Counted from the stretch's first letter, positions 50,033 to 59,954 are shown. The stretch is 64,000 nucleotides of DNA from an uncultured archaeon (GCA_964608675.1 CAZSOZ010000001.1:160001-224000); one strand, 5' to 3'. Notes: a model not told the origin generated them from the sequence alone. Numbers and translations are program-made.

Positions 50033-50560
50033 ATGGCAAAAAAAGACGTTCTTTCTCATCCAGTAACCAAAACATTCATACAAAAAGTGGGAGGAGAAGA
50101 CGCCATCCCCCTAATAAAAGCATTTAAAAACAAGAGAAAGAAAGTAACAGACGAAGAAATAGCAAAAAAAACAGATTTAAAAATAACAGAAGTGAGAGCA
50201 ATACTAAACAGACTGCATTACAGAGGGATAGCCTGCTACGACAAAAAAAAGAACACAAAAACAGGATGGTATTTATATACTTGGGAAATAAAAGAAAAAA
50301 GAATTGCAGAACTAATAATAGAAGAACAAAGTGAAGAAATCAAAAAACTAGAAAAAAAACTTGAATTTGAAAAAGATTATGTCTTTTTTGCATGCAAAGA
50401 AATGTGCGAAAATGTTCCATTTGAAGTTGCAGCAGAATACCAGTTTCGTTGTCCAAAATGCGGGAAAACAATGGAAACTGTAAACAACAAAAAAAGAATT
50501 AAAACAATCAAAAAAGAACTTGAAACACTGGGAAGCGTGCTGGAAAAGCTTTCAAAATAA
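50033..50560 (+). CDS. tfe: Transcription factor E (TFIIE-alpha)
   Basis: TDEEIA...EVRAILNRL wHTH, GWYLYTW, zinc ribbon FRCPKCG. Confidence 0.9.
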   Translation: MAKKDVLSHPVTKTFIQKVGGEDAIPLIKAFKNKRKKVTDEEIAKKTDLKITEVRAILNRLHYRGIACYDKKKNTKTGWYLYTWEIKEKRIAELIIEEQSEEIKKLEKKLEFEKDYVFFACKEMCENVPFEVAAEYQFRCPKCGKTMETVNNKKRIKTIKKELETLGSVLEKLSK

Positions 50561-50739
50561 GAAAAAAAACACAAAAACTTGGACAAAAAATTGTTAAAAA
50601 ATAAAAAAATAAAAAAGATTAAAAAAAGATTTAAAATAAAAAAAAGAGTTAAAAAACAAATAAAATTAAAAATAAACAGATAATAAGAGTTAAAAAGTTT
50701 TTTAACCTTAAAAAAAAGAGTTAAATTAAATAAAAACCT

Positions 50740-50814
50740 AGCGGGGTGGGGCAGCCAGGAGTGCCCGTCGGGCTCATAACCCGAAGGTCGAAGGTTCAAA
50801 TCCTTCCCCCGCTA
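50740..50814 (+). tRNA. Initiator tRNA-Met (CAT)
   Basis: A1-U72 pair; three G-C pairs in anticodon stem GGG-CTCATAA-CCC. Confidence 0.95.
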
Positions 50815-51053
50815 CTCTATTTTTTAAAAAAAACAGAAAAAAATAACTCACTTTCATCCAATTAAACAATCTAATCCAAAAACACCCCTAAAATAATGCT
50901 AACTAAAAAACAAATTTAAAAAAAACAAACTCACTTAAAATACGCTTCAAAAAGAAAAAAAAATATTTTAAATAACTCAAATCTTGTTTTTTAAAATTAA
51001 AACTCACTCTCAAAGAAAATAGTTTAGATTTGCCTAAAAACAACGAAATTATA

Positions 51054-51145
51054 AGTAATTACTAGCTAAAAATCAACTAAAATATAGTAATTACCAGTAA
51101 AAATAATCAACACAGTTAGATTTTTAAGTAGTTAGGGTAATTATA
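51054..51145. repeat. Three palindromic RGTAATTAY sites upstream of a wHTH gene
   Basis: AGTAATTACT 51054-63, AGTAATTACC 51086-95, GGTAATTATA 51136-45. Confidence 0.45.
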
Positions 51146-51156
51146 ATATTGAAATC

Positions 51157-51579
51157 ATGATTAAAAAAATACTTGGAAAGCTTTTTTCAGTTTTTAGGCC
51201 TGCAGAAATTAAAAATAAAGAAACAATATACGAAGATGAAGAAAAAGAAAGCGTGCATGAAATTTATAGTTTATGGGATTATATAAGTCCTTTTGAAAAC
51301 ACTCAAGCACACCACATTTTATCAGTTATTGGTTTTGACGAATGGGTTTCTATGGAAGAAATAAAAAGAAGAATAAGAGAATTATTTTCAATTGAATACA
51401 AAAATGACAGAAGCCTTTATCCATATATAAAAACTCTTGTTGATGTGGGTTTACTGGAAACCATTAATGTCGGCGGAAAAAGAAAATGGAGAAAAAAAGA
51501 TTTAATAATAAAAATCAAACAAAAAATAAAGGAAAAAGAAGAAGAAAGGCTTCTAGCCTTTGAGAAAAGCATACAATGA
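51157..51579 (+). CDS. Winged-helix DNA-binding protein
   Basis: SMEEIKRRI...SLYPYIKTLVDVGLLET...GKRKWR wHTH pattern. Confidence 0.6.
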   Translation: MIKKILGKLFSVFRPAEIKNKETIYEDEEKESVHEIYSLWDYISPFENTQAHHILSVIGFDEWVSMEEIKRRIRELFSIEYKNDRSLYPYIKTLVDVGLLETINVGGKRKWRKKDLIIKIKQKIKEKEEERLLAFEKSIQ

Positions 51580-52140
51580 ATGAAAATATTTTAGTTTATC
51601 TGATTTATTGTACACTTCTTTAAACCAGGAATTTCCTGCTATTTTATGAGATTCAGACAAAACTGCTTGAGAAAAAGAAGAGTCTGTGTCTTTCTTTTCC
51701 ATGGCTTGTTGCTTTAATTTTTCCAGTTCAGAAAGAATTTGACCATGTTCTTTTGAAGGATTCAAAACAAATGTTCTGTCAATTAAACTTTCCAGAGATT
51801 TAACTACTGAATCTTCTTCAACTTCTTTTTCATTTAAATAATAAACTGCTTTCCAATCCCCTTTAATAGTCCATGAGTGACTGGGGTTTTTTCCTGTTTT
51901 AAAAAAACTTATTAAATCCGAAAATTTTTCTTGAGGGATAACAACACAATTTTTGCCGTGTTTTATAAAAGGAGTGTTAGAAAGAATTCCATGTCTGTGA
52001 TAAACATATGTTTTTCCGCTGGATTTAGAAACTTGCTGGGAATAACCATAAATTGCCCGAAATAATTTTTGATACGTGTAGGATGAATGTTTTACGTCTT
52101 TTGGCAAAATAAATTTATATTGCACAAAATATCCTTTCAC
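51553..52140 (-). CDS. Hypothetical protein (N-terminus possibly Cas2/VapD-like ferredoxin fold)
   Basis: GTG start after GGGG SD-like sequence; YFVQYK...KLFRAIYGY...YxYxRxGIL pattern; fold assignment tentative. Confidence 0.55.
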   Translation of the reverse strand: MKGYFVQYKFILPKDVKHSSYTYQKLFRAIYGYSQQVSKSSGKTYVYHRHGILSNTPFIKHGKNCVVIPQEKFSDLISFFKTGKNPSHSWTIKGDWKAVYYLNEKEVEEDSVVKSLESLIDRTFVLNPSKEHGQILSELEKLKQQAMEKKDTDSSFSQAVLSESHKIAGNSWFKEVYNKSDKLKYFHSLYAFLKG

Positions 52141-52297
52141 AGAGACCCCTCAATTCCACTATTCTTTTATATAATATAAAAGCATCTTTTATGTATATAT
52201 ATATACTATAATTAAATATAAATGTTTGCAAAAAATTTGTTTATTTTTAAATATTTTAAAAAATAGGCAAAAAAAGCAAAAAAAGAAAAAAATAGAA

Positions 52298-52603
52298 TTA
52301 TCTTCTCTTAATAAAAGAAGAATAATAAGATTTTCTTGATTTTGGTTCTTCTTCAGTATCAGAAGATCTTCCGCTTCCTACAATAAGAATGTCTTTTGCA
52401 GACCTTACATTTTTGTAGGGAACACTTTTTTCTTTAATTATTTTCTTTGCTTCTTGTTTTGATTTGACTTTTAAAGGCTCAGTAGTTATTGTTTCTATTT
52501 TTCCTTTTTCTAGGTTAATAACTAAGTCAAATACTTTTCCTTTGTATTCTGCATTGTCTGTATAAATGTCCATTCCAAATAGTTTAGATAATCTTACACT
52601 CAT
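52298..52603 (-). CDS. PRC-barrel domain protein
   Basis: LSKLFGMDIYTDNAEYKGKVFDLVIN...VPYKNVRSAKDILIV; GAGGTG SD. Confidence 0.85.
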   Translation of the reverse strand: MSVRLSKLFGMDIYTDNAEYKGKVFDLVINLEKGKIETITTEPLKVKSKQEAKKIIKEKSVPYKNVRSAKDILIVGSGRSSDTEEEPKSRKSYYSSFIKRR

Positions 52604-52849
52604 AGAAACACCTCAATAACTTAAATTAAATATTAACTCCTTTTAAATATATAAACTTTTGGGTTTAAAGATGAAAAAAACAAGGTTTTTTCGATAAATT
52701 TCTTCGGAAAAAAAGAAATATACATAACTGGCAATTTCTTGGGCTGTCTGATACAGTCCAAATAGAAACTAAATAGGCAAATATACATAATTTTTTAAGT
52801 TTTTTTGTTGTTTTTTCTTAATTAATAAAATTAGTGGAAGTAAAGGGAG

Positions 52850-53710
52850 TCAAAGGCTGTCTAAAGGGCTTTGCACTTTTTTTAGTTCGTTTGTTGAAAC
52901 AAAAGTGTATATTTGGGTTGTGGCAAGATTGCTGTGTCCGAGTAATTCCTGTATTTTTCTGATGTTTTCGCCTGATTCAAGAAGATGTGTGGCAAAACTA
53001 TGGCGCAGGACATGAGGTGTAACTTTTTTTGGGATTCCTGCTTTTTTTCCGTATTTTTTTACCATTCTTTCAATAGTGTCAGCAGTAATTGGTTTTCCGT
53101 TCTTTTTTGAAAAAACGAACTCGCTTTTAATTTTTTTTCTTTTTAAATATTTTTTAAGGTTATGAATCCATTTTTTTGAAAGAATTATTATTCTGTCTTT
53201 TTTTCCTTTTCCTCCTTGTACTCTTGCAAGTCCTTCTTTTAATTCAAGGTTTTCAACCCGCATTTTTGCGCATTCGCTTACCCTTACTCCGCTTGAATAA
53301 AGGAATTCAATTATTGTTCTGTCTCTTCCTGCTTTTGCTGATTTGATTAAAGATTTTACTTCTTTTTTTGTTAATATTGTTGGGAGTTTTTTTTCTTTTT
53401 TTGGGACTTTAATTTCATTAAGTATTTTGTTTTTTAGGACTGCTTCAAAAAAAAATTTTAGTGCCGAGTGGACAAGAGAAATAGATGTATTTGATAAATT
53501 TTCTTTTTCTTTTTTTAGTGCAATATATTTTACTAAGTCGTCTCTTGAAATTTGTTCAGGAGGGGTTTTTATTTTGCGGAAAAAATCCTCTAAATAACAC
53601 AAATACATTTTTAGGGTTCTCTCAGAATAACCAGAAATAATTAATTCTTCGCGTGTTTTCTGAATAAATTTTTTTTGTTCTTCTGAGAAACTTTCGTTTG
53701 GTTGTTCCAT
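52850..53710 (-). CDS. xerA: XerA-like tyrosine recombinase
   Basis: SAM-like N domain (GYSERT); LYSSGVRVSE, GKGKKDR, TPHVLRHSFATHLLE, LLGHSNLATTQIY. Confidence 0.9.
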   Translation of the reverse strand: MEQPNESFSEEQKKFIQKTREELIISGYSERTLKMYLCYLEDFFRKIKTPPEQISRDDLVKYIALKKEKENLSNTSISLVHSALKFFFEAVLKNKILNEIKVPKKEKKLPTILTKKEVKSLIKSAKAGRDRTIIEFLYSSGVRVSECAKMRVENLELKEGLARVQGGKGKKDRIIILSKKWIHNLKKYLKRKKIKSEFVFSKKNGKPITADTIERMVKKYGKKAGIPKKVTPHVLRHSFATHLLESGENIRKIQELLGHSNLATTQIYTFVSTNELKKVQSPLDSL

Positions 53711-53815
53711 AGAAAAGAATATGTTTCTTCTGATTAATAAATTTTTTCAGAGAAAAAGCAAATTGTTTTTATTTGGTATTATTTAATAATTTATTAGACA
53801 GAAGAGGGGTGCTTT

Positions 53816-54175
53816 ATGGAAAGAAAAATTATTAATATTACGTTCGAAGACGGAGAAGAAATTGTTGAAGGATTAAAGACTGCTTTGTCCGAAAACAAAA
53901 TAGAAAAAGCAATAATGACAAGTGTTGAGGGAAAAATAAAAGATTTTGATTTGAATGTATTTAAAGGAGCGGTTTACAGAAAAAATCATTTTGAAGAATC
54001 TTTCAAAATAACTTCTATTCACGGAGTTTTTGTTGAAAAAGGAAATATGGGGTATAAAGGAGAAATTACAGTTTCTTTAGCAGGGCCGGAAGGCAGTTCA
54101 GTTGGAGGAACATTATTAAATGCAAAAGCCTCAGGAAATTTGATTATTAAAGCCGAAATAAATTCATTTAAGTGA
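53816..54175 (+). CDS. PPC/DUF296 domain protein
   Basis: FEDGEEIVEGL, ITSIHG, VSLAGPEGSSVGGTL. Confidence 0.7.
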   Translation: MERKIINITFEDGEEIVEGLKTALSENKIEKAIMTSVEGKIKDFDLNVFKGAVYRKNHFEESFKITSIHGVFVEKGNMGYKGEITVSLAGPEGSSVGGTLLNAKASGNLIIKAEINSFK

Positions 54176-54180
54176 ATCAA

Positions 54181-54455
54181 ATGAATAAAATACAGCTGGC
54201 AGGAATAAGCATGTTTTTTTTAGGGGCATTAGTCCTTTTAATTATTTAATTTATGAATTTTTTTCAGAATTAACAGGAATTCCAGAAACAGCTAAAATAG
54301 CTTTGGCATTAATTTTTTTGGGCCTTTTGGTTGTTTTAGGATCCTTGATTTATGAAAGAATAAAGGAGGGAAAAAATGATTATAGTTTCAACAGATTTTA
54401 TAAAAGGAAGAGAAATAAAAGAAACACTTGGGTTGGTGAGAGGAAACACAATTAA
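54181..54455 (+). pseudogene. Frameshifted small membrane protein upstream of YbjQ
   Basis: MNKIQLAGISMFFLGALVLLII* continues in a shifted frame as YLIYEFFSELTGIPETAKIALALIFLGLLVVLGSLIYERIKE. Confidence 0.45.
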
Positions 54456-54690
54456 AGCAAAATGGTTTGGAAAAGACATAATGTCAGGATTAAGGCAAAT
54501 AGTAGGAAGAGAACTAAAAGAGTATACTGAAATGCTTACAGAAGCAAGAGAAGAAGCAACACAGAGAATGCTGCAGGAAGCAGAAAAGTTGGGAGCAGAC
54601 GCAATAATAAATGTAAGATACACTACCTCGCAAGTAATGGCTTCAGCAGCAGAAATTCTTGTGTATGGGACAGCAGTCAAACTAAAATAA
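54376..54690 (+). CDS. YbjQ/UPF0145 family protein
   Basis: LGLVRGNTI, GLRQIVGRELKEYTEML, LGADAIINVRY, EILVYGTAV. Confidence 0.92.
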   Translation: MIIVSTDFIKGREIKETLGLVRGNTIKAKWFGKDIMSGLRQIVGRELKEYTEMLTEAREEATQRMLQEAEKLGADAIINVRYTTSQVMASAAEILVYGTAVKLK

Positions 54691-54715
54691 TTATTTCTAC
54701 ATAACTCTGGGTTGG

Positions 54716-55096
54716 GTGTTAAAAAAAATGAAGTATGCTTTTTCTGAAACACATACTTTTAAAGCAAGAGAACTGGCAAAAAAACTTAATTATTCCCATA
54801 TTTTTTTAGACAGGATTGCGTGCATTGTTTCCAAAGGCACAAAAACTAAAAGAACTGTTGCAAGAATTCATACTTTAGGAAAAGCAATGCAATTAGGAAT
54901 GAGCGAAAAACCGTTTTATGTAATTGAATTAATGGAACCTTTTTTCAAAGAAAGCGAAGAAGAACAAACAAAAACTTTAATCCACGAATTAATGCACATT
55001 CCTCATAATTTTGGAGGAGGCTTTAGGCATCACAAACCGTTTGTAAGCAAAAAAAAAGTTGAAATAGAATTCAATCGGATTCAGAAGGTTCTTTGA
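54716..55096 (+). CDS. Putative HExxH metallopeptidase
   Basis: TVARIH, YVIEL, LIHELMHIP, GGGFRHH. Confidence 0.75.
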   Translation: MLKKMKYAFSETHTFKARELAKKLNYSHIFLDRIACIVSKGTKTKRTVARIHTLGKAMQLGMSEKPFYVIELMEPFFKESEEEQTKTLIHELMHIPHNFGGGFRHHKPFVSKKKVEIEFNRIQKVL

Positions 55097-55250
55097 AAAG
55101 TTTTTTGCAGTTAAGGCATTTAAATAATTTATATGCTCCGTTTACAATCTTTCTTGTTCCCCAATAACGGGTTTTTTTTGATTTACAGTAAATACATTCA
55201 GGTTCCATGCCATATAAAAAAAGAAACTTCTTTTTTTAAATAGGGAAAAA

Positions 55251-56090
55251 ATGATTTCAAGAACAGTTGTTTTTGCAGTAAATTTTTTAAGAGAAACCTC
55301 TGACAAAATAAAAAACAATGCAAGAAATTATTTTTTAGGATTCAAAATTTTTTTGAATGTAAAAAATTGGAAGGACTATTATTTTGACTGCAAAAAAAAA
55401 GCAGAAAAAAAGTTTATTGTTTATGATTTAAAAAATGGATTAAAAATAATTACAAGAAGCAAAACAAAAGACAGAGATATTTTTTCTGAAATTTTTTTTG
55501 GAAACGAATATTTTTTTAATGAATTCAAGCTTCCTGAAAAAGCAGTTGTATTTGATGTTGGCGCTCACATAGGGGTCTTTTCTGTTTTTGTTTCAAATAA
55601 AGCCCAAAAAATTTTTGCTTTTGAACCTGCTCCAGAAAACTTTGAACTGCTTAAAAAAAACATTGAATTAAACAGGCTTGAAAGCAAAGTTTTTGCTTTT
55701 AATTCAGCTGTTTCCAGCAGAAAAGGAACACAAAAATTTTTTTTGTATTCATTTAATTCAGGAGGCAATTCCTTTTTTCAGCTTCAAGGAACAGGCATGA
55801 AAAAATCAATTGAAGTATTAACAATAACTCTTAAAGAAGTATTTGAAAAACACAAAATTAAAGAATGTGATTTAATGAAAGTTGACATTGAAGGAGAAGA
55901 ATTTGATTTATTTTATAATATGCCTGAAAAAACACTGAAAAAAATTAAAAGAATTGTTATGGAATGCCATCCATTTAATGAAAACAAACCAGAAAAACTG
56001 GTTGAATTCTTAAAACAAAAAGGCTTTAAAATTAAAAAACAAAGAAAAAGCTTTGGAATGCTTTTAATTCTAGCAGAAAACAAAAAATAA
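55251..56090 (+). CDS. FkbM family methyltransferase
   Basis: VFDVGAHIG, AFEPAPEN, DLMKVDIEGEE, MECH. Confidence 0.9.
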   Translation: MISRTVVFAVNFLRETSDKIKNNARNYFLGFKIFLNVKNWKDYYFDCKKKAEKKFIVYDLKNGLKIITRSKTKDRDIFSEIFFGNEYFFNEFKLPEKAVVFDVGAHIGVFSVFVSNKAQKIFAFEPAPENFELLKKNIELNRLESKVFAFNSAVSSRKGTQKFFLYSFNSGGNSFFQLQGTGMKKSIEVLTITLKEVFEKHKIKECDLMKVDIEGEEFDLFYNMPEKTLKKIKRIVMECHPFNENKPEKLVEFLKQKGFKIKKQRKSFGMLLILAENKK

Positions 56091-56125
56091 CAAAATTTAT
56101 TAATAAGAAAAACTTTATTCCTAAC

Positions 56126-56995
56126 ATGCAAAAAAAGATTTTCTTTGTATTTTTTCTGCTTTTGTTTTCTAATCTGGTTTTTGCGCAGACCCAAGAATTA
56201 ACTAATTTAATTAAAGCCTATTTTGATGCAACACAAAAAAAGGATTCAGAAGCAGTAATGAACACTTATTTTTATCCTGAAGGAATAACAGAAGAATTCA
56301 AAGCAAACGAAAAACAAAATATTCAGGCAAGGATTGACAGACAAGCACTGCAAAATGTTGAATTTACTTTTGTCAGTGAAGAAATATTCAATCAAAGAAA
56401 AAATGCTTACGTTGAAATAAATATCACAGAAGGCACAATACTTAATGATAACAGGCAAAGAGTTGATTTAAAAAAAGAAACACAATACTTTGTTTTTGAA
56501 AAACAAGGGATTCACTGGAAAATACTTAATAATAGTGTGAAATCAGAGGATTTTAATCCTGCACAAAAAGAAGAATATATAGATTACTTTAAGGAAACCT
56601 TTTTTGCTTCCATACAACAGCAAGGCGGTTTTAAGCCAGGCTATGACGGAACACAGGAAGCAAGCAATCAAAACGAAGGGATAGGAATCCTTGATATGCT
56701 GATTGGAGCAATAAGCATTGGAATAATAATAGTTATTTTGTTGATAATTTTTTTCAGTGTAACAGGAAAAGACAAAAAGAAAGGACAAAATGTTGTGGTT
56801 AACGTTAATTCAAATGGAAGTCAGCCAACAAAAAAACAGGAAACCCAAAAAAAAATGAAGGCTCTGGGAGTCAAACTAAACCCTGAAACAAAAAAAGAGT
56901 TTTCTGATGCAATGAAAATTTTAAGAAAAAGATACGCAACAGGAGAAATTAATAAACAGCAATTTGATGAAATAAAAAAAGAGTTGGGAGAATGA
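56126..56995 (+). CDS. Signal peptide, NTF2-like ectodomain, TM and SHOCT domain protein
   Basis: N-terminal signal; ...FEKQGIHWKI; TM; ILRKRYATGEINKQQFDEIKKEL. Confidence 0.75.
   Translation: MQKKIFFVFFLLLFSNLVFAQTQELTNLIKAYFDATQKKDSEAVMNTYFYPEGITEEFKANEKQNIQARIDRQALQNVEFTFVSEEIFNQRKNAYVEINITEGTILNDNRQRVDLKKETQYFVFEKQGIHWKILNNSVKSEDFNPAQKEEYIDYFKETFFASIQQQGGFKPGYDGTQEASNQNEGIGILDMLIGAISIGIIIVILLIIFFSVTGKDKKKGQNVVVNVNSNGSQPTKKQETQKKMKALGVKLNPETKKEFSDAMKILRKRYATGEINKQQFDEIKKELGE
56782..56949 (+). repeat. 168-bp exact direct repeat, copy 1
   Basis: Identical to 59740-59907. Confidence 0.92.
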
Positions 56996-57432
56996 AAGGA
57001 ATAGTAAAAACTTTAATTATTGTTTTAGTTGTTTTAATTGCGTTGGATGCAGTTTTGATTTTTATTGCAGATAACATTGATTTTGATTCAGGAAACTTTT
57101 TAGGGGGATTAGGAGGAGCAACAAATCCAAATAATACAAATGGAGACAACTGGCTGAATGGAGACACAGGAAACAGCCAAGGAAGTTTTCTTGGAAGCAA
57201 TTTTGATACAGCAATAGTCATTGAAGCAAAAAATGAAGGAGAAGGATTATCAAAAGAACACGAATGGCTGGCAAATAACGCATGCATAGGAAAAAGCCCC
57301 GAGCAAGATTTATATGAAGAATTAATTAAACACAATGGAAGCTGGTATGACAAGTTTATAATTACCTGCAGCGATGGAAGCAAAGAAACTTATTACTTTA
57401 ACATTGATAGCTTTAATGGAGTATGGGAATAA
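56992..57432 (+). CDS. Membrane-anchored secreted protein (paralog of 60376-60756)
   Basis: TM, Gly/Asn linker, FDTAIVIEA...WL.NNAC...WYD...YYFNIDSF.G.W domain. Confidence 0.75.
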   Translation: MKGIVKTLIIVLVVLIALDAVLIFIADNIDFDSGNFLGGLGGATNPNNTNGDNWLNGDTGNSQGSFLGSNFDTAIVIEAKNEGEGLSKEHEWLANNACIGKSPEQDLYEELIKHNGSWYDKFIITCSDGSKETYYFNIDSFNGVWE

Positions 57433-57437
57433 TTTAG

Positions 57438-59072
57438 GTGAAAAAAATGAAAAAAATTTTTTTGTTTGTTTTTGTTTTGCTGTTTTTCTTTGTTTTACTT
57501 CAACCAGTTTTAGCTGACCCAAAAGATGCAGATGAAAAGATAGGCAAACCTTGTTATGGAGTAATCGAAAAACTGAAAGGAAAAAAAGGAATTATAGATG
57601 ACTACAGCACTTATTGGAGCACGTATACCTGTCAAATTGGGGATTCAGGTTATTATCAAATTGCGCCTGGAAGCGGAAGGCTTGTTTGGACTGACAACCA
57701 TTGTGCAGACGGAGTGCAAGATGAAGGAGAAGAAGGCATAGATTGCGGGGGGGATTGTTCTCCTTGTCCTGAATGCAAAGAAAACGAAGATTGCGGTCCA
57801 GGAGGAAAATGTGTTTCAGGTCAATGCGAAAACCCTGATGAAGATAAAGATGTTGACAAAAAAGAATGCACATATGATTCTGATTGCCCTAAAGGAGAAT
57901 GCATTGAAGGCAAATGTGTTTCAGCAACTTTGGGTTTAAATGTTCAATTGAATATGCAGGAAGTTTTACTAAAAAAAGGCCAGGAATTAATTATTACTGC
58001 AATTGTTTCAGGGCCAAAAAATGCAGCAGTAAGCTTTCATGTTTCTGACCCAAAAGGATTATTTTATTCTAATGGCGTCAGCAAAAGCAAATCAATTGAT
58101 GCATCAGGAAAAGCAGTTTTAAGTTTAAGGTTTCCTTCTTACAATCAAATGACCAAAGAAAAAAGAGAACAACTTCCGTATGAAATGCCAATAACAGTTA
58201 GTGCAGCAAGCCATGACCAGTTTGTTGAAAAAAAAGCAAAAATTACTTTGATTTCTCCTGCGCCAAAAATTACTTTGGTTGAAATAAAACCTTTGCCTGT
58301 GCGTTCATATAACGCTTATTTGATTACAGTGCAAATTGAAGACCCTGATTCCAGTGAATTCCAGTACTTTTTTAAAACACAGGGAATTGATTTTGTTTCA
58401 GAATTAGAGGATTCAAGTGGAGGAAATAAAGTTAAAATGCTTTTAGTTGATTCTGCAAGCAAAAGTGCTTCAGTGAATTATTTTTCAGAAGAAATAGGGT
58501 TTAATGCAAACGAAATTTTAATGGCGCAAGAAATGGAAGGAACATTAAAAGGAGTTGGAAAGAGCGCGTTAATGACTGCAGGAAAAGCTGCAGAAAAAAA
58601 GTATTCAAAAAAGATTGCAGAAAGCAAATTGTTTGTTTTAATTCAAAAAAGAGGAGGAAAATATATTCCAATAATTGGAACAGCAAAAACTCTTTATGGG
58701 TTATGGGGGAACGCAAAAAATTCAGGAGAAAAACTTGCTTCTTTGATGGAGTCAGCTAATTGGAGGGAAGCAATGTATCACGGATCAGATTTAACTTTGG
58801 AAGGAATTAAAGCAACAGCAGGAGTAGTTGATTTAGTTTTTGGAGAAGTTCCAATTATAGGTCAATTTGCTGATTTAAGCCAGGATTTAGTTGATTCAGC
58901 TTTAAGTGCAGGGCAAAGTTATCTGAAAAAAATGGCTTCAGATGAAAGATTTAAATCATCACAGGAAAGAGAAATAACTAAAAGAGTTATAATTAAAGTA
59001 AGGGATGAAGACAAGTTTCTTGATTCAGAGACTTTAGAATTTAAAATGAAGTTTCATTGGGTGGCTAATTGA
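57438..59072 (+). CDS. Secreted cysteine-rich protein
   Basis: Signal peptide; CADGVQDEGEEGIDCGGDCSPC and two C..D.DC..G.C..G.C repeats; Ig-like middle; helical C-terminus. Confidence 0.75.
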   Translation: MKKMKKIFLFVFVLLFFFVLLQPVLADPKDADEKIGKPCYGVIEKLKGKKGIIDDYSTYWSTYTCQIGDSGYYQIAPGSGRLVWTDNHCADGVQDEGEEGIDCGGDCSPCPECKENEDCGPGGKCVSGQCENPDEDKDVDKKECTYDSDCPKGECIEGKCVSATLGLNVQLNMQEVLLKKGQELIITAIVSGPKNAAVSFHVSDPKGLFYSNGVSKSKSIDASGKAVLSLRFPSYNQMTKEKREQLPYEMPITVSAASHDQFVEKKAKITLISPAPKITLVEIKPLPVRSYNAYLITVQIEDPDSSEFQYFFKTQGIDFVSELEDSSGGNKVKMLLVDSASKSASVNYFSEEIGFNANEILMAQEMEGTLKGVGKSALMTAGKAAEKKYSKKIAESKLFVLIQKRGGKYIPIIGTAKTLYGLWGNAKNSGEKLASLMESANWREAMYHGSDLTLEGIKATAGVVDLVFGEVPIIGQFADLSQDLVDSALSAGQSYLKKMASDERFKSSQEREITKRVIIKVRDEDKFLDSETLEFKMKFHWVAN

Positions 59073-59953
59073 TGAAAGAAAAAATCGTTTTTTTATTATT
59101 AATTTTGTTTTGTTTTTCTTTTGTTTCAGCGAATTCACCAAAAGAAGCAGTTGAAAAATATTATTCTAGTTCTGCTTCAGAAAATTTAGAGGAATATTTT
59201 TCTGTAGTTGATTTAAGCGGTTTAACTGAAGAAGATACTGCTTTAGAAAAAATGATTGTTGAATTAACTTGGAATACAATTGATGAACAAACTTATTCAA
59301 TTAAAGAAATGGAAAGTGTTATGGATGAAACAGGAACAGGGGCGTTAGTTCAATTTAAATTGAGTGCAAGCTATAAAAACACTAAAACAGGAGAAACAAC
59401 TTCATTTAATGATGTTGATTATATTGCGTTGCTTTCAAAACAAGAAAACTGGAAAATAGTTTATTCCATTCCAATGAAAGAATACTTGGAGTTAAGGCAA
59501 AGGACTCTTGATTTAAAAGCAGTAGAAGAAGAAATGCAGACTTTTAAGGAAGAAGAACCAAAAACAGAAGGAAAACTGTTAGTGGATGGAAAACCATATA
59601 CAGGAAACCCAGAAAAAGGTTCTCTGCTGGGCTTAATTGATTCTCTTATTTTTGGAGTTCAAGTAATAATTGCAATAATTGTTTTGTTGTTGATTTTGTC
59701 TTTTTTTACTGGAAACAAAAAAGAAGAAAAAAGTTCAGGAGGACAAAATGTTGTGGTTAACGTTAATTCAAATGGAAGTCAGCCAACAAAAAAACAGGAA
59801 ACCCAAAAAAAAATGAAGGCTCTGGGAGTCAAACTAAACCCTGAAACAAAAAAAGAGTTTTCTGATGCAATGAAAATTTTAAGAAAAAGATACGCAACAG
59901 GAGAAATCACAAAAAAAGAATTTAATCAAATGAAAAAGGATTTGGGTAATTAA
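59069..59953 (+). CDS. Signal peptide, NTF2-like ectodomain, TM and SHOCT domain protein
   Basis: SPKEAVEKYY...LSKQENWKI; TM; SHOCT ILRKRYATGEITKKEFNQMKKDL. Confidence 0.75.
   Translation: MMKEKIVFLLLILFCFSFVSANSPKEAVEKYYSSSASENLEEYFSVVDLSGLTEEDTALEKMIVELTWNTIDEQTYSIKEMESVMDETGTGALVQFKLSASYKNTKTGETTSFNDVDYIALLSKQENWKIVYSIPMKEYLELRQRTLDLKAVEEEMQTFKEEEPKTEGKLLVDGKPYTGNPEKGSLLGLIDSLIFGVQVIIAIIVLLLILSFFTGNKKEEKSSGGQNVVVNVNSNGSQPTKKQETQKKMKALGVKLNPETKKEFSDAMKILRKRYATGEITKKEFNQMKKDLGN
59740..59907 (+). repeat. 168-bp exact direct repeat, copy 2
   Basis: Identical to 56782-56949. Confidence 0.92.
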
Positions 59954-59954
59954 A

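Noticed and set aside
50590-51010. Short A-rich repeats as a CRISPR array
   Set aside because: Repeats are only 8-10 bp and irregularly spaced, with no unique spacers of constant length and no cas genes
52850-53710. Classical integron integrase with attC cassettes
   Set aside because: No IntI-specific insertion between the catalytic Lys region and HxLRH, and no attC-type long imperfect palindromes between downstream genes
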